A DNA stretch of 56,539 nt from a virus (taxonomy: Duplodnaviria > Caudoviricetes): positions 1-56,539 of IMG/VR virus record IMGVR_UViG_3300030098_005086; one strand, 5' to 3'. Position 1 is the first letter of the stretch, and each line of letters opens with the position of its first letter. The notes beneath the pieces were generated by a model. It saw only the letters and a program-made list of their open reading frames with translations, made no database searches and was not told where the DNA came from. Both the position numbers and the translations under genes were made by a program. Positions 16,209 to 25,686 of this stretch are shown piece after piece.

Positions 16209-16532
16209 ATGGGATATATAGAAGGGTGGCGACTTAACGCACGAGATTTAGAAGAAGAAAGAAACGATTTAGATTATGCAAATTCTCAACCAAACGAGAA
16301 CGAGCTAGACTACACCGAAATACAAAAAGCAAAAGACATTTTAACAAAACACAAATACTACGTAGATAATTTATGGTGTGTAGACGATGTAAAAAGATTA
16401 TTAGAAGACCAAGAATTTACTGATGAACAAGCCATGCAAGTGTTAGAAAAGGTTTTTGATAGCGACCGAATCAATAACGAGGTGTGGGAAAGTATTCGTT
16501 GGATAGCGCAAGACATGGGTTATAAAGTGTGA
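16209..16532 (+). CDS. Acidic hypothetical phage protein
   Basis: LWCVDDV..TDEQAMQVL..INNEVWESI. Confidence 0.7.
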   Translation: MGYIEGWRLNARDLEEERNDLDYANSQPNENELDYTEIQKAKDILTKHKYYVDNLWCVDDVKRLLEDQEFTDEQAMQVLEKVFDSDRINNEVWESIRWIAQDMGYKV

Positions 16533-16558
16533 GCAAAATAACCAATTAAAAAACAAAG

Positions 16559-16583
16559 AAAGGGACTGCGTGTCCCTTTTTTT
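16559..16583 (+). terminator. Rho-independent terminator
   Basis: AAAGGGAC-tgcgt-GTCCCTTTTTTT. Confidence 0.75.
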
Positions 16584-16661
16584 ATACAAAAAAAAAACTA
16601 AACATATAGTACTTGTTATGTTTTTTTGTACTATCTTTACACTAAAGACAAACAAAGTGCG

Positions 16662-17000
16662 ATGAAAAAAAGAATAAAAGAAGATTTAAAAACACTACAA
16701 AGTGCAAGTGATTTTAACATTTGTAAAAACCCCCATTATATTGAAAGAGTAGAAAACCTATTAGAGAATTTTTCTAAAGAAGAATGGGTAAAGACGGGGC
16801 AATACCATAATGCGGACACCTATCTTAAAAGCTTTCCTCACACCAAATTGTTTCCAGAAGTAAACCAATTAATAAGATTGGCAGGGAACTATGTGATTCA
16901 AGTGTTGGCGGATAAATATGTGTGGACAGATTGTATGGCGGAACACCCGCGCGATGTGATGAGTTGTATATGGGAAAAAGAAAACAAAGACAATGAGTAA
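16662..17000 (+). CDS. Hypothetical protein
   Basis: ATG start MKKRIKEDL downstream of a TATCTTTA promoter-like box. Confidence 0.65.
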   Translation: MKKRIKEDLKTLQSASDFNICKNPHYIERVENLLENFSKEEWVKTGQYHNADTYLKSFPHTKLFPEVNQLIRLAGNYVIQVLADKYVWTDCMAEHPRDVMSCIWEKENKDNE

Positions 17001-17268
17001 AGAAAAAATAAAAGAGGTAAGCCGTAAGGTATATGAGATGTTAGCGGAGAAGAATGATGCCTACGGCAATTCTGCTCTACAACCTATTAATATATTTAGC
17101 AAGGGCAATGCCACCGAATCATTGTGTGCGCGAATAGATGATAAGTTAGCGCGAATAAAAAATAGAGGTTTGTCAGACGAAACCGAAGATACTTTATTTG
17201 ATTTGTGTGGTTACCTTATATTATTAATTATTGCAAAAGAAAAAGAAAGTGACAGAAAAACAAATTGA
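16993..17268 (+). CDS. DUF1599 / nucleotide-modification-associated domain 1 protein
   Basis: KNDAYGNS...RIDDKLARI...EDTLFDLCGY. Confidence 0.8.
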   Translation: MSKEKIKEVSRKVYEMLAEKNDAYGNSALQPINIFSKGNATESLCARIDDKLARIKNRGLSDETEDTLFDLCGYLILLIIAKEKESDRKTN

Positions 17269-17332
17269 AATAGTGTTAGTTAGTTTGGTGTGCGCCCTTA
17301 TGGGAATACTAATTGGTTTAATTATATTTTAA
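17249..17332 (+). CDS. 27-aa membrane microprotein
   Basis: GTG start, TEKQIEIVLVSLVCALMGILIGLIIF; TAATG coupling to the next gene. Confidence 0.45.
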   Translation: MTEKQIEIVLVSLVCALMGILIGLIIF

Positions 17333-17580
17333 TGAACTCAATGAAAGTGTTAGTAGACCTTTATATTGTTCTTGCCAAAGAAAAAGTTTCAATGGTTATA
17401 ATTTTTATCTTATTAATAACATCTCTTTATAATCAACATCTGATAAAAAAAGAAATTGCAATAGTTAAAACCCAAACAAAAGAAAATCAAATTGAAGAAC
17501 TACAAGAAGAACTAATGAGTGTAGGTTTTCAGTTAGATAGCATGAAACTAAAATATGATTATAACTTTTATACTAAATAA
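17332..17580 (+). CDS. Single-TM coiled-coil protein
   Basis: VSMVIIFILLITSLY followed by QIEELQEEL. Confidence 0.6.
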   Translation: MNSMKVLVDLYIVLAKEKVSMVIIFILLITSLYNQHLIKKEIAIVKTQTKENQIEELQEELMSVGFQLDSMKLKYDYNFYTK

Positions 17581-17582
17581 AC

Positions 17583-17672
17583 ATGGACGAAGGAAAATAT
17601 AAATTACAATTATTTTTAATTGGCCTTATGGTGGCAGGTATATTCTTTATGTTTGTATTGTCAATGCAATAG
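17583..17672 (+). CDS. 29-aa membrane microprotein
   Basis: MDEGKYKLQLFLIGLMVAGIFFMFVLSMQ. Confidence 0.5.
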   Translation: MDEGKYKLQLFLIGLMVAGIFFMFVLSMQ

Positions 17673-17698
17673 AACAATAATTTAAAAACATTACTTAA

Positions 17699-17998
17699 AT
17701 GAAAAAAGATATTTTTAACAAGTATGCTAAAAAAGTAGCAGACATTTTTGGGATAACACCCGAAGATATATTTACAAAAACAAAAGAAAGAACGTGTGTA
17801 GATGCGCGTCATCTATTATATTTTGTGTGTAAGAATCGCCCAATGCGAATAACATACATACAACAATACATGAATGATAATGGGTATAATATTAACCATT
17901 CTTCTATTATTCATGGGATTAATCAAGTGCAAGAAAAAATAAACGAAGACAAGGATTATGTGGGTGTGATAAAAAAGGTAGAAAAATGTATAGCTTAA
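17699..17998 (+). CDS. DnaA C-terminal-like HTH DNA-binding protein
   Basis: FGITPEDIFTKTKERTCVDARHLLYF...NHSSIIHGI resembles Bac_DnaA_C. Confidence 0.75.
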   Translation: MKKDIFNKYAKKVADIFGITPEDIFTKTKERTCVDARHLLYFVCKNRPMRITYIQQYMNDNGYNINHSSIIHGINQVQEKINEDKDYVGVIKKVEKCIA

Positions 17999-18390
17999 CC
18001 GATGTTTTTAATCAAGCGGTAGAAGATGATTCTTGTGGGGGTCTTGACACGTTGGAGTCTAGAGGCAGACTTCTTAATGGAATTAAAATAGTGGAAGACA
18101 ATGAAACCAAAGAGGTGGTTATCTTAAATACCACTAAAGGCGGAGACTATTATAAAGAGATAGATGTGACAGAATATGCTCTTTTTAAGGCAAAGGGTTG
18201 GAGATATGGAATTTATGTCTTATCTTTGTCTAACTATCGTAGAAAGCTTGATAAGATAGAAGAAAGAATACGATTAGAGTTAAATGGAAGAAAAAATTCT
18301 AAAGTTATTCAAATGGCTAAAGCAAATAGGCAAAGAGTAATGGAGAATTATAAAAAAATATCAAACGAATTAAATTTTAAATCAAAATGA
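17986..18390 (+). CDS. Hypothetical protein
   Basis: 134-aa ORF overlapping both neighbours. Confidence 0.7.
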   Translation: MYSLTDVFNQAVEDDSCGGLDTLESRGRLLNGIKIVEDNETKEVVILNTTKGGDYYKEIDVTEYALFKAKGWRYGIYVLSLSNYRRKLDKIEERIRLELNGRKNSKVIQMAKANRQRVMENYKKISNELNFKSK

Positions 18391-18989
18391 GCAAATCAAA
18401 TTATTACAAAGGGTTATCGGAGTTGCCGATAAAAAGATTAGTAGAAAAGAAAGGTGGATTAGATTATCTTTCTTGGAGTAATGCTTGGGATATTTTAAAA
18501 AAAGAATATCCAAGCGCACAAAGAAAAGTGTATGAGTGTACGTCGTGGGAAGACAATTCCCAAACGCACAGAACACTTAATTATTTTTCTGATGGTAAAA
18601 CGGCTTATGTAAAGGTGGGAATTATAGTAAATGAAATTGAACACATTGATTACCTGCCCGTTATGGATTTTAGAAACAAGTCTATACCGGTAGATAAAAT
18701 GACATCGTTTGATGTGAGTAAAACTATTCAACGAGCAACGGCTAAAGCTATTGCTATGCATGGATTGGGTTTATCATTGTGGACGGGAGAAGATATTCCT
18801 TCTGAGCCGGAGACAACGAAAAAAGTGGTTAGTGCTACATTAGATGTAGGGGATGATAATTGGGAGAAAGTTTTTAAATATGTTGAAGCTAATAAAAAAT
18901 TAGGATTAGAACATATTCTTAAAATGCTTTCAAAGAAATATAAAGTTAGTGATGTAGTGACTAAGGAGATTAAAAAAATACTTAAATAA
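18387..18989 (+). CDS. Sak3/DUF1071 (Rad52-like) single-strand annealing protein
   Basis: LDYLSWSNAW, LPVMDFRNKSI, IQRATAKAIAMHGLGLSLWTGED. Confidence 0.88.
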   Translation: MSKSNYYKGLSELPIKRLVEKKGGLDYLSWSNAWDILKKEYPSAQRKVYECTSWEDNSQTHRTLNYFSDGKTAYVKVGIIVNEIEHIDYLPVMDFRNKSIPVDKMTSFDVSKTIQRATAKAIAMHGLGLSLWTGEDIPSEPETTKKVVSATLDVGDDNWEKVFKYVEANKKLGLEHILKMLSKKYKVSDVVTKEIKKILK

Positions 18990-19117
18990 TGAATTGGGAA
19001 GTAGAACCGTATCAAGAGGAAGTGTATAAAATTAAATGCAAACATTGTGGAGAGCGCTCCACCTATGATTTTTGTTCAGAGGGATGCCGAGGCGCTTATT
19101 GGAGTGAAATGGATTAA
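18989..19117 (+). CDS. Small treble-clef Zn-finger protein (42 aa)
   Basis: CKHCG..DFCSEGC; TAATG overlap. Confidence 0.65.
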   Translation: MNWEVEPYQEEVYKIKCKHCGERSTYDFCSEGCRGAYWSEMD

Positions 19118-19135
19118 CTAAAAAAATTATTTATT

Positions 19136-19288
19136 ATGAGTTTAAAAACACAACACGTATACCGAGAGAAAATAGAACTTGGGGTTTATTATACATATGA
19201 TAAAGACCATAAAAAAGTTTATGATACTAAAGGAATGAAAGTTGAGTTTCAAGAGTTGATTAAAAAACTGAAGTCAAAACAAAAATAA
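19136..19288 (+). CDS. Small hypothetical protein (50 aa)
   Basis: Manual translation ...GVYYTYDKDHKKVYDTKGMKVEF... Confidence 0.55.
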   Translation: MSLKTQHVYREKIELGVYYTYDKDHKKVYDTKGMKVEFQELIKKLKSKQK

Positions 19289-19363
19289 GGGATTACATAG
19301 GGGTGGATTAATAATATATCGTCTCCGACACCCCTATGCCCTTAAATTAAATATAATCAAATT

Positions 19364-20092
19364 ATGACACAAGAAATATTAGAGTTACTGCGGGATGATG
19401 AACAGTATTATAGTGGAGTTGGAAAAAATTATTTATCTAACTCAGATATTGGTGCGCTCTTAAAAAACCCAAGGGAATATGGGATAGAGAGACCGGACAA
19501 TGTAAACTTTGTAAAAGGAAGATTGTTTCATCAGCTTATTCTTGAACCCCAAAAAGCTAAACACATAAATTGTATAGATGTAAACTCTAGAAATACTAAA
19601 GCTTACAAAGAATATAGTAACGGAAAAATTGTGCTACTGCAAAAAGAAGTAGATGAAATCATCGGTCTCACCCAAACCATGTTGGGCAACATAGATTTTT
19701 TTGATATGATTAGAGAAAAAGATAATGCCTACGAAGTTCCTTCTATTGGAGAAATAAAAGGTACAATGTGGAAAGGAAAAGCAGACATAGTAAATCAACA
19801 CGTTCTTATAGATTTAAAAACTACGAGTGACATTAACAAGTTTAAATGGTCGGCTCGTGAATATAATTATGATAGTCAAGCATATATATATGAACAATTA
19901 TTTAATAAACCGCTAATCTTTTTAGTTGTAGATAAAACGACTAACGCATTAGGAATGTTTGAACCTACACAAGAGTTCATCGAAAGAGGAGAACGAAAAG
20001 TAGAACAAGCAATTGAAGTTTATAATAATTTCTTTGGAGACAGTCCACAAGAAAGTATTGAAAACTATTACATTAATGAACAATTAAATTAA
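19364..20092 (+). CDS. PD-(D/E)XK exonuclease (RecE/ExoVIII, DUF3799-like)
   Basis: LSNSDI, GRLFH, KGKADI, IDLKTT, YDSQAYIY. Confidence 0.85.
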   Translation: MTQEILELLRDDEQYYSGVGKNYLSNSDIGALLKNPREYGIERPDNVNFVKGRLFHQLILEPQKAKHINCIDVNSRNTKAYKEYSNGKIVLLQKEVDEIIGLTQTMLGNIDFFDMIREKDNAYEVPSIGEIKGTMWKGKADIVNQHVLIDLKTTSDINKFKWSAREYNYDSQAYIYEQLFNKPLIFLVVDKTTNALGMFEPTQEFIERGERKVEQAIEVYNNFFGDSPQESIENYYINEQLN

Positions 20093-20116
20093 TTTTAACT
20101 TTTAAAAACAATTATT

Positions 20117-20386
20117 ATGGCAGATGAAAAAATTTTTGCAGATGGCTTTTCGTTTAAAACACGAGAAGGACAACCCGACTTTGTTGTTGGTAGATTATCA
20201 ATTAAAGTAGAAGACGCTCTAGCTTTCTTAAAAGAACGAGCAAGTAACGGGTGGGTTAATTTAAATATTAACCAAGCACGTAGTGGTAAATACTACTGTG
20301 AGTTAGACACATGGAAACCAAGTGCTGAAAAAACCCAACAAGAGAATACCCCCACTGAATCGGTAAAAGAAGATTTACCGTTCTAA
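20117..20386 (+). CDS. Putative single-stranded DNA-binding protein
   Basis: GWVNL..KYYCELDTW core with an acidic EDLPF tail. Confidence 0.7.
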   Translation: MADEKIFADGFSFKTREGQPDFVVGRLSIKVEDALAFLKERASNGWVNLNINQARSGKYYCELDTWKPSAEKTQQENTPTESVKEDLPF

Positions 20387-20402
20387 TGTTTTTTTGTGTG
20401 AA

Positions 20403-20442
20403 GAAGGGGGGGTAGTTCATGACTTCTACTCCCCTTTTTTTT
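20403..20442 (+). terminator. Rho-independent terminator
   Basis: AAGGGGGGGTAG...CTACTCCCCTTTTTTTT. Confidence 0.7.
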
Positions 20443-20451
20443 GCGCCGAAA

Positions 20452-20612
20452 TGTCGAAAAACCTATCCCCACTATACTATATAGGGTTTTTTATTTTTAT
20501 TTTATTTTTTATTTCTCTATTTTAGAAAAAAAATTGACATTTTCGACACTAACATTGATAGTCAGACACTTACATATTAAAAACCGACACATAAAACGAC
20601 ACAAAAATGACA
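20452..20612 (+). repeat. Iteron/origin-like element, copy B (abuts the primase start codon)
   Basis: TGTCGAAAA, AT-rich spacer, GACATTTTCGACACTA, TGATAGTCAG, AAAAACCGACAC/ATAAAACGACAC; colinear with 8091-8251. Confidence 0.75.
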
Positions 20613-23024
20613 CAAAACATCACTATATTTAAAAATATAAGGGAGACATCGACTCCCTTTTACCGACCAATTGATGTGGTATTAAAAAGAATTAAAGAAG
20701 GGGCATCAAAAGAATTAGTAAAAAAAATAAGATTAGAAAAAGATAAATCACATCGAAACGAAATTAAAAAAGACTTACCGGCTATTTGTTTCTCCGGAAC
20801 ATTTAATAAAAGAAATGATAGTTCTTTAATAGAACATAGTGGGTTAATATGTTTAGATTTTGATGGATATAAAAAACAAAAAATATTATTAGGAGACAAA
20901 GAATCACTTACAAAAGACAAATATGTCTTTGCAGTTTTTATTAGTCCTTCTGGTAATGGTCTAAAAGTTTTAGTTAAGATACCGGAAGACGCAGACAATC
21001 ACGTAAATTATTTCAACTCTTTAGAAAAACATTTTAACTCTCCTTACTTTGATAAGACTTGTAAAAATTTAAGTAGGGTGTGTTATGAATCTTATGACCC
21101 ACTACTACATTTAAATTCTAATTCCTCAGTGTGGGAAAAAATTGAAGACATAGAATATACAGAGGTTATTGCGCATAGAGACCCCCCTACTATACCCATC
21201 ACAGATGAAAATAAAATAGTAGAAATACTGATTAAGTGGTGGGAAAAAAAATACCCCATGGTAGAAGGTCAAAGAAATCAAAACGTATACGTACTAGCTA
21301 TGGCTTTTAATGACTATGGAATCAATAAGTCTTTGGCATCTTACGTTTTAAATAGATTTGAAAGTTCTAATTTTAAATTAAGTGAAATAAAAAGAACCAT
21401 TGATAGTGCTTATTCCCACACTCAAAACTTTGGCACAAAGTATTATGAAGATGAAGAAAGAGTTAATGTAATTAAATCTAAACTACGCCGAGGGGTTACT
21501 AAAAAAGAAATAAGAAATCAACTAGAGGAGACAAGCTTAGATGATAAAACCATTGAAGCAGTTCTTAATAAAGTAGAAGAAGAAAATTCTCTTAAACAAT
21601 TTTGGACAAAAAATGAAAAGGGAACTATTAAAATAGTTCATATTCTATTTAAACATTTCCTAGAAGACAATGGCTTTTATAAATATTGCCCGGAAGGTAG
21701 TAAAAATTATGTGTTTGTTAGGGTTACTAATAACCTTATAGACCACACGTCTGAAAAAGAAATTAAAGATTTTATTCTAGACCACTTATTAAACCTAGAT
21801 GATACGTCTATTTATAATTACTTTGCTGACAACACTAGACTATTTAGAGAGGAATTTTTAACTCTTTTATCTACAATAGATATTTATTTTATTGCCGACA
21901 CTAAAGATACCTCTTATTTATATTATAAAAACTGTGCGGTTCAGATTACTAAAAACGAAATTAAACCTATCGACTATTTAGATTTAGGTGGCTATGTGTG
22001 GAAAGACCATATTATTAATCGAAACTTTAAGTTATGTAGTATAGATGATTGTGACTACAAAGCGTTTGTGGTTAATGTTTGTGGAGGAAACAAAGAAAGA
22101 GTTTTATCTATGGAAAGTACGATTGGGTATCTTTTACATGGACATAAGAATTTATCGTATTGCCCTGCCGTTATTTTAAATGATGAGGTTATATCTGACA
22201 ACCCTGAGGGAGGAACGGGAAAAGGTATATTTATGAATGCTCTAGCACAAATGAAGAAGGTGGTTACTATTGATGGAAAGTCTTTTGCTTTTGAAAGGTC
22301 TTTTGCTTATCAGTTAGTGTCTGCTGATACTCAAATACTTGTATTTGATGATGTAAAAAAACATTTTGATTTTGAAAGACTATTTAGTGTAGTCACCGAA
22401 GGATTGACTTTAGAGAAAAAAAATAAAGACGCTATTAAAATTCCTTTTAGTAAGTCGCCGAAGATAGCTATTACCACAAACTACGCCATAAAAGGTGCGG
22501 GCAATTCATTCGCGCGAAGAAAGTGGGAGCTAGAACTACACCAACACTATAATAAATCTTTTACACCGTTAGATGAGTTTGGCAAGTTAATGTTTGGAGA
22601 ATGGGATGATGATGAATGGTGTACTTTTGATAATTATATGATTAATTGTTTACAAAACTATCTAGAAGGAGGATTACATAAAAGTAAGTTTGTTAATCTT
22701 CAAGTTCGACAACTATCTGCGGAAACGTCTCACGATTTTATTGAATGGTGCGGACTTATCAAAGGCTCTCAACCGAACTCAACCTTAGTGGTAGACAAAA
22801 AAAACTACAAGCACTCTTTGTATTTAGAGTTTATTGAAGAATATCCTGACTACGGACCAAAGGCCAAAATGACTATATCGCGAACACGTTTTTATAAGTG
22901 GTTAGTATCTTATGCTTTGTTTAAAGAAGGCATACAGCCCGAAGAAGGAAGAGACGCACAAGGTAGATGGATACGCATACGAAGTAAAAAAGAATTAGAA
23001 GTTCAAACTAATCTAGATTTTTAA
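20607..23024 (+). CDS. Primase-helicase (BT4734/VirE-N primase domain, PriCT, P-loop helicase)
   Basis: LPAICFSG, CLDFD, SPSGNGLK, SYDP; EGQRN; Walker A PEGGTGKG, FDDV, ITTN. Confidence 0.9.
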   Translation: MTQNITIFKNIRETSTPFYRPIDVVLKRIKEGASKELVKKIRLEKDKSHRNEIKKDLPAICFSGTFNKRNDSSLIEHSGLICLDFDGYKKQKILLGDKESLTKDKYVFAVFISPSGNGLKVLVKIPEDADNHVNYFNSLEKHFNSPYFDKTCKNLSRVCYESYDPLLHLNSNSSVWEKIEDIEYTEVIAHRDPPTIPITDENKIVEILIKWWEKKYPMVEGQRNQNVYVLAMAFNDYGINKSLASYVLNRFESSNFKLSEIKRTIDSAYSHTQNFGTKYYEDEERVNVIKSKLRRGVTKKEIRNQLEETSLDDKTIEAVLNKVEEENSLKQFWTKNEKGTIKIVHILFKHFLEDNGFYKYCPEGSKNYVFVRVTNNLIDHTSEKEIKDFILDHLLNLDDTSIYNYFADNTRLFREEFLTLLSTIDIYFIADTKDTSYLYYKNCAVQITKNEIKPIDYLDLGGYVWKDHIINRNFKLCSIDDCDYKAFVVNVCGGNKERVLSMESTIGYLLHGHKNLSYCPAVILNDEVISDNPEGGTGKGIFMNALAQMKKVVTIDGKSFAFERSFAYQLVSADTQILVFDDVKKHFDFERLFSVVTEGLTLEKKNKDAIKIPFSKSPKIAITTNYAIKGAGNSFARRKWELELHQHYNKSFTPLDEFGKLMFGEWDDDEWCTFDNYMINCLQNYLEGGLHKSKFVNLQVRQLSAETSHDFIEWCGLIKGSQPNSTLVVDKKNYKHSLYLEFIEEYPDYGPKAKMTISRTRFYKWLVSYALFKEGIQPEEGRDAQGRWIRIRSKKELEVQTNLDF

Positions 23025-23025
23025 A

Positions 23026-23271
23026 ATGGACATTGACATACATCAAGCAATGCTTAATTCTTATTATTTAATCATAAGGGATTACGATGCCTTTTTATTA
23101 ATAACTAATGGGGAGGGAGTGTTTGCTCATGACCCATCAGGAGAACTAGAGAGAGAAGATGTAGAGAACCTTCTTCTTTATTTTGAAGACGAAGAAGATT
23201 ATGACAAGTGTAAAGAGATTGTAGAATTTATAAATAAAACATGGAGTTTAGAACATACCAAAAAGAAATAA
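23026..23271 (+). CDS. Acidic hypothetical protein
   Basis: YFEDEEDYDKCKEI (UVR-like ending). Confidence 0.7.
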   Translation: MDIDIHQAMLNSYYLIIRDYDAFLLITNGEGVFAHDPSGELEREDVENLLLYFEDEEDYDKCKEIVEFINKTWSLEHTKKK

Positions 23272-24470
23272 TTGATAAAGGAATGAGCGTTCTGCTTGAA
23301 CATCATTTTTTATACTTAGCCATGGAGGTTAGGACGGGAAAAACCTTAACAAGCCTAGGGTTAGCGGACAAGTTATTTATGAATAATGTGTTGTTTATAA
23401 CTAAAAAGAAGGCTATCGATTCTATTGAGTCCGATTATAAATTGTTATCCCCCAAATATAAGTTAGTTGTAATTAATTATGAGTCTCTTCATAAAATTCC
23501 CGAACTAAAATGGGACATGATTATATGTGACGAGGCTCATAGTTTGGGAGCCTTCCCCAAGCCTAACAAAAGAGCAAAGGCTGTAAAGAAGTTAATATAC
23601 AAAACGCGTGCCAAAGTAATTCTTTTATCGGGAACTCCAACTCCTGAGTCTTATAGCCAAATGTACCACCAAGTGTATGGTATACCAACCAATCCTTTTA
23701 ATCAAAGTGTTAACTTTTATAGGTTTGCCGACAAACATGTGCGGGTAAGAGAGAAAAAAATAAACGGTCTATATATTAGAGACTATTCTAAAGGCATGGA
23801 GATGATAGTGGAAAAAATGAAACCTTATACTTTAAACTATTCTCAAAAAGAAGCGGGGTTCAAAACCTCTATAAAAGAAACCGTGCTTCACGTAGACATG
23901 CAAGACTTAACCTATAACCTAGCGTCTAAACTAAAAAGAGATTTAGTGGTAGAGGGGGATGAGGAAATTATATTGGCGGACACACCCGTAAAACTAATGA
24001 TGAAACTTCATCAATTATACTCAGGCACGGTTAAGTTTGAAAGCGGGAACAATATGGTAATAGATTTTAGTAAGGCGGAGTTTATACAGAATCATTTTAA
24101 GAAAAATAAAATCGCTATCTTTTATAAGTTCAAAGCGGAGCTTGATGCGCTGCAAATTATTTTTGGAGATAAGATAACCACAGACTTGACGGAGTTTAAA
24201 ACCACAAATAAAAATATTGCCCTTCAAATTGTAAGCGGAAGAGAAGGCATATCATTACAGAAAGCAGACTATATTGTATATTATAATATAGATTTTAGTG
24301 CCACAAGCTATTGGCAAAGTAGAGATAGAATGACTACTAAAAATAGATTAAATAATAAAGTGTATTGGGTTTTTTCTCGTAACGGAATTGAAGACCAAAT
24401 ATATAAAGCAGTAACTAAGAAGAAGGATTATACCGTAAGACACTTCAAAAAGGATTTACTATCTTTGTAA
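23241..24470 (+). CDS. SF2 (SNF2-like) helicase
   Basis: FRTYQ, VRTGKT, DEAH, SGTP, SGREGISL, QSRDR. Confidence 0.9.
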   Translation: MEFRTYQKEIIDKGMSVLLEHHFLYLAMEVRTGKTLTSLGLADKLFMNNVLFITKKKAIDSIESDYKLLSPKYKLVVINYESLHKIPELKWDMIICDEAHSLGAFPKPNKRAKAVKKLIYKTRAKVILLSGTPTPESYSQMYHQVYGIPTNPFNQSVNFYRFADKHVRVREKKINGLYIRDYSKGMEMIVEKMKPYTLNYSQKEAGFKTSIKETVLHVDMQDLTYNLASKLKRDLVVEGDEEIILADTPVKLMMKLHQLYSGTVKFESGNNMVIDFSKAEFIQNHFKKNKIAIFYKFKAELDALQIIFGDKITTDLTEFKTTNKNIALQIVSGREGISLQKADYIVYYNIDFSATSYWQSRDRMTTKNRLNNKVYWVFSRNGIEDQIYKAVTKKKDYTVRHFKKDLLSL

Positions 24471-24472
24471 AA

Positions 24473-24715
24473 ATGACAGAACAACAAATTCAATCTAAAC
24501 GAATCAAACAATTAGAGGGTGAGGGTTATTATGTTATTAAGTTAACAAACACCAATAAGAACGGCATCCCCGATTTATTAGCTATTCCACCAAAGAGTGA
24601 TGTGTTATTTGTTGAGGTTAAAAAACCTAAGGGAAAGCTGTCTAAGTTACAAGAGTATAGAATAAAAGAGTTAGAAAAATATGGCATTAAAACAGAAGTG
24701 TATAGAGGAGAGTAA
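24473..24715 (+). CDS. VRR-NUC nuclease (resolvase-like)
   Basis: EQQIQ, GIPDL, FVEVK, LSKLQ; TATCTTTG box at 24460-24467. Confidence 0.88.
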   Translation: MTEQQIQSKRIKQLEGEGYYVIKLTNTNKNGIPDLLAIPPKSDVLFVEVKKPKGKLSKLQEYRIKELEKYGIKTEVYRGE

Positions 24716-24998
24716 ACCTAAGTGTAAGTTCGATGATTTTTTCATTGACGCTTTGCTTGCCCTTCCGTATAAGGCGGGGTTGAAAATGATGAATATTATA
24801 GGGAGAGAGTCAGATAATTTGCCTGAAGAAAATCATTGGTCACAAACAATAGGTGTGGCCATTAAAGGAGAGACACCCTATTTTTTTGAAATAGAATACA
24901 TAAAAGAAATAAATAAACCCGCAGTTTTTTTAAACTTATTTGAAATAAGCTGTGATGATTACTTAGACTATATTAATTTAAATAAATACTTAAAATGA
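24681..24998 (+). CDS. Hypothetical protein
   Basis: 105-aa ORF filling the gap, ATGA/TAA-type overlap downstream; start uncertain. Confidence 0.6.
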   Translation: MALKQKCIEESKPKCKFDDFFIDALLALPYKAGLKMMNIIGRESDNLPEENHWSQTIGVAIKGETPYFFEIEYIKEINKPAVFLNLFEISCDDYLDYINLNKYLK

Positions 24999-25405
24999 AC
25001 TTACCAATAGAGGCTGATAATTTGAGAGAAATTATAGAGCGCAAATTCAATCTACAATTAATAGACAAACGAAGACACACAAGATTTATTCAAGCACGGT
25101 GCATTTTTTCCAACATTTTAAAAGATAAAGGTTATGGCTGTTTTGCTATTGGCAAGATGCTTAGAAAAAACCACGCCACCGTATTAAAATACTTTGAAAA
25201 CTTTGATTGGTTTTATAAGACCGACAAGTATTTTGAGGAGAGTTATGAACAAATTAATGAACAATTTCAATCTAACTCTGTTATTTACACACAATTAAAA
25301 GAGTTTGAGCTTAAAAAACAACTGATTTTACTCCAAAAAGAAAATAAATTATTATATTTACGCAATCAAAAACTTAAAAAACAACTCGAAGAGATTGACG
25401 CTTAA
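24995..25405 (+). CDS. Second DnaA C-terminal-like HTH protein with coiled-coil tail
   Basis: KRRHTRFIQARCIF...IGKMLRKNHATVL. Confidence 0.72.
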   Translation: MNLPIEADNLREIIERKFNLQLIDKRRHTRFIQARCIFSNILKDKGYGCFAIGKMLRKNHATVLKYFENFDWFYKTDKYFEESYEQINEQFQSNSVIYTQLKEFELKKQLILLQKENKLLYLRNQKLKKQLEEIDA

Positions 25406-25488
25406 GTAAAAAACAAAGGGCAAATAAAATATAATTAATAATTAGCAAATCTATTTCACAGTAGTGTTTGCCCTTATGTTTTTACTGT

Positions 25489-25686
25489 ATGAGCCGTAAT
25501 AAATTATCCTATCTTAAACGACGAAGGATTGAGCACGTCACTTATTTAACCACGGAAATATATTCTAGCACTGCTGAACTTTATGAAAGCTTCATGGATG
25601 AGGACTATAAAGAATGCAAGAAACAAACCAAACAGTTAATGCATAGGTTAAAAGAAATCCTAGAATCCTTAGAAGATGAAATTTAA
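25489..25686 (+). CDS. Hypothetical protein
   Basis: ATG start MSRNK; ELYESFMDEDY. Confidence 0.6.
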   Translation: MSRNKLSYLKRRRIEHVTYLTTEIYSSTAELYESFMDEDYKECKKQTKQLMHRLKEILESLEDEI

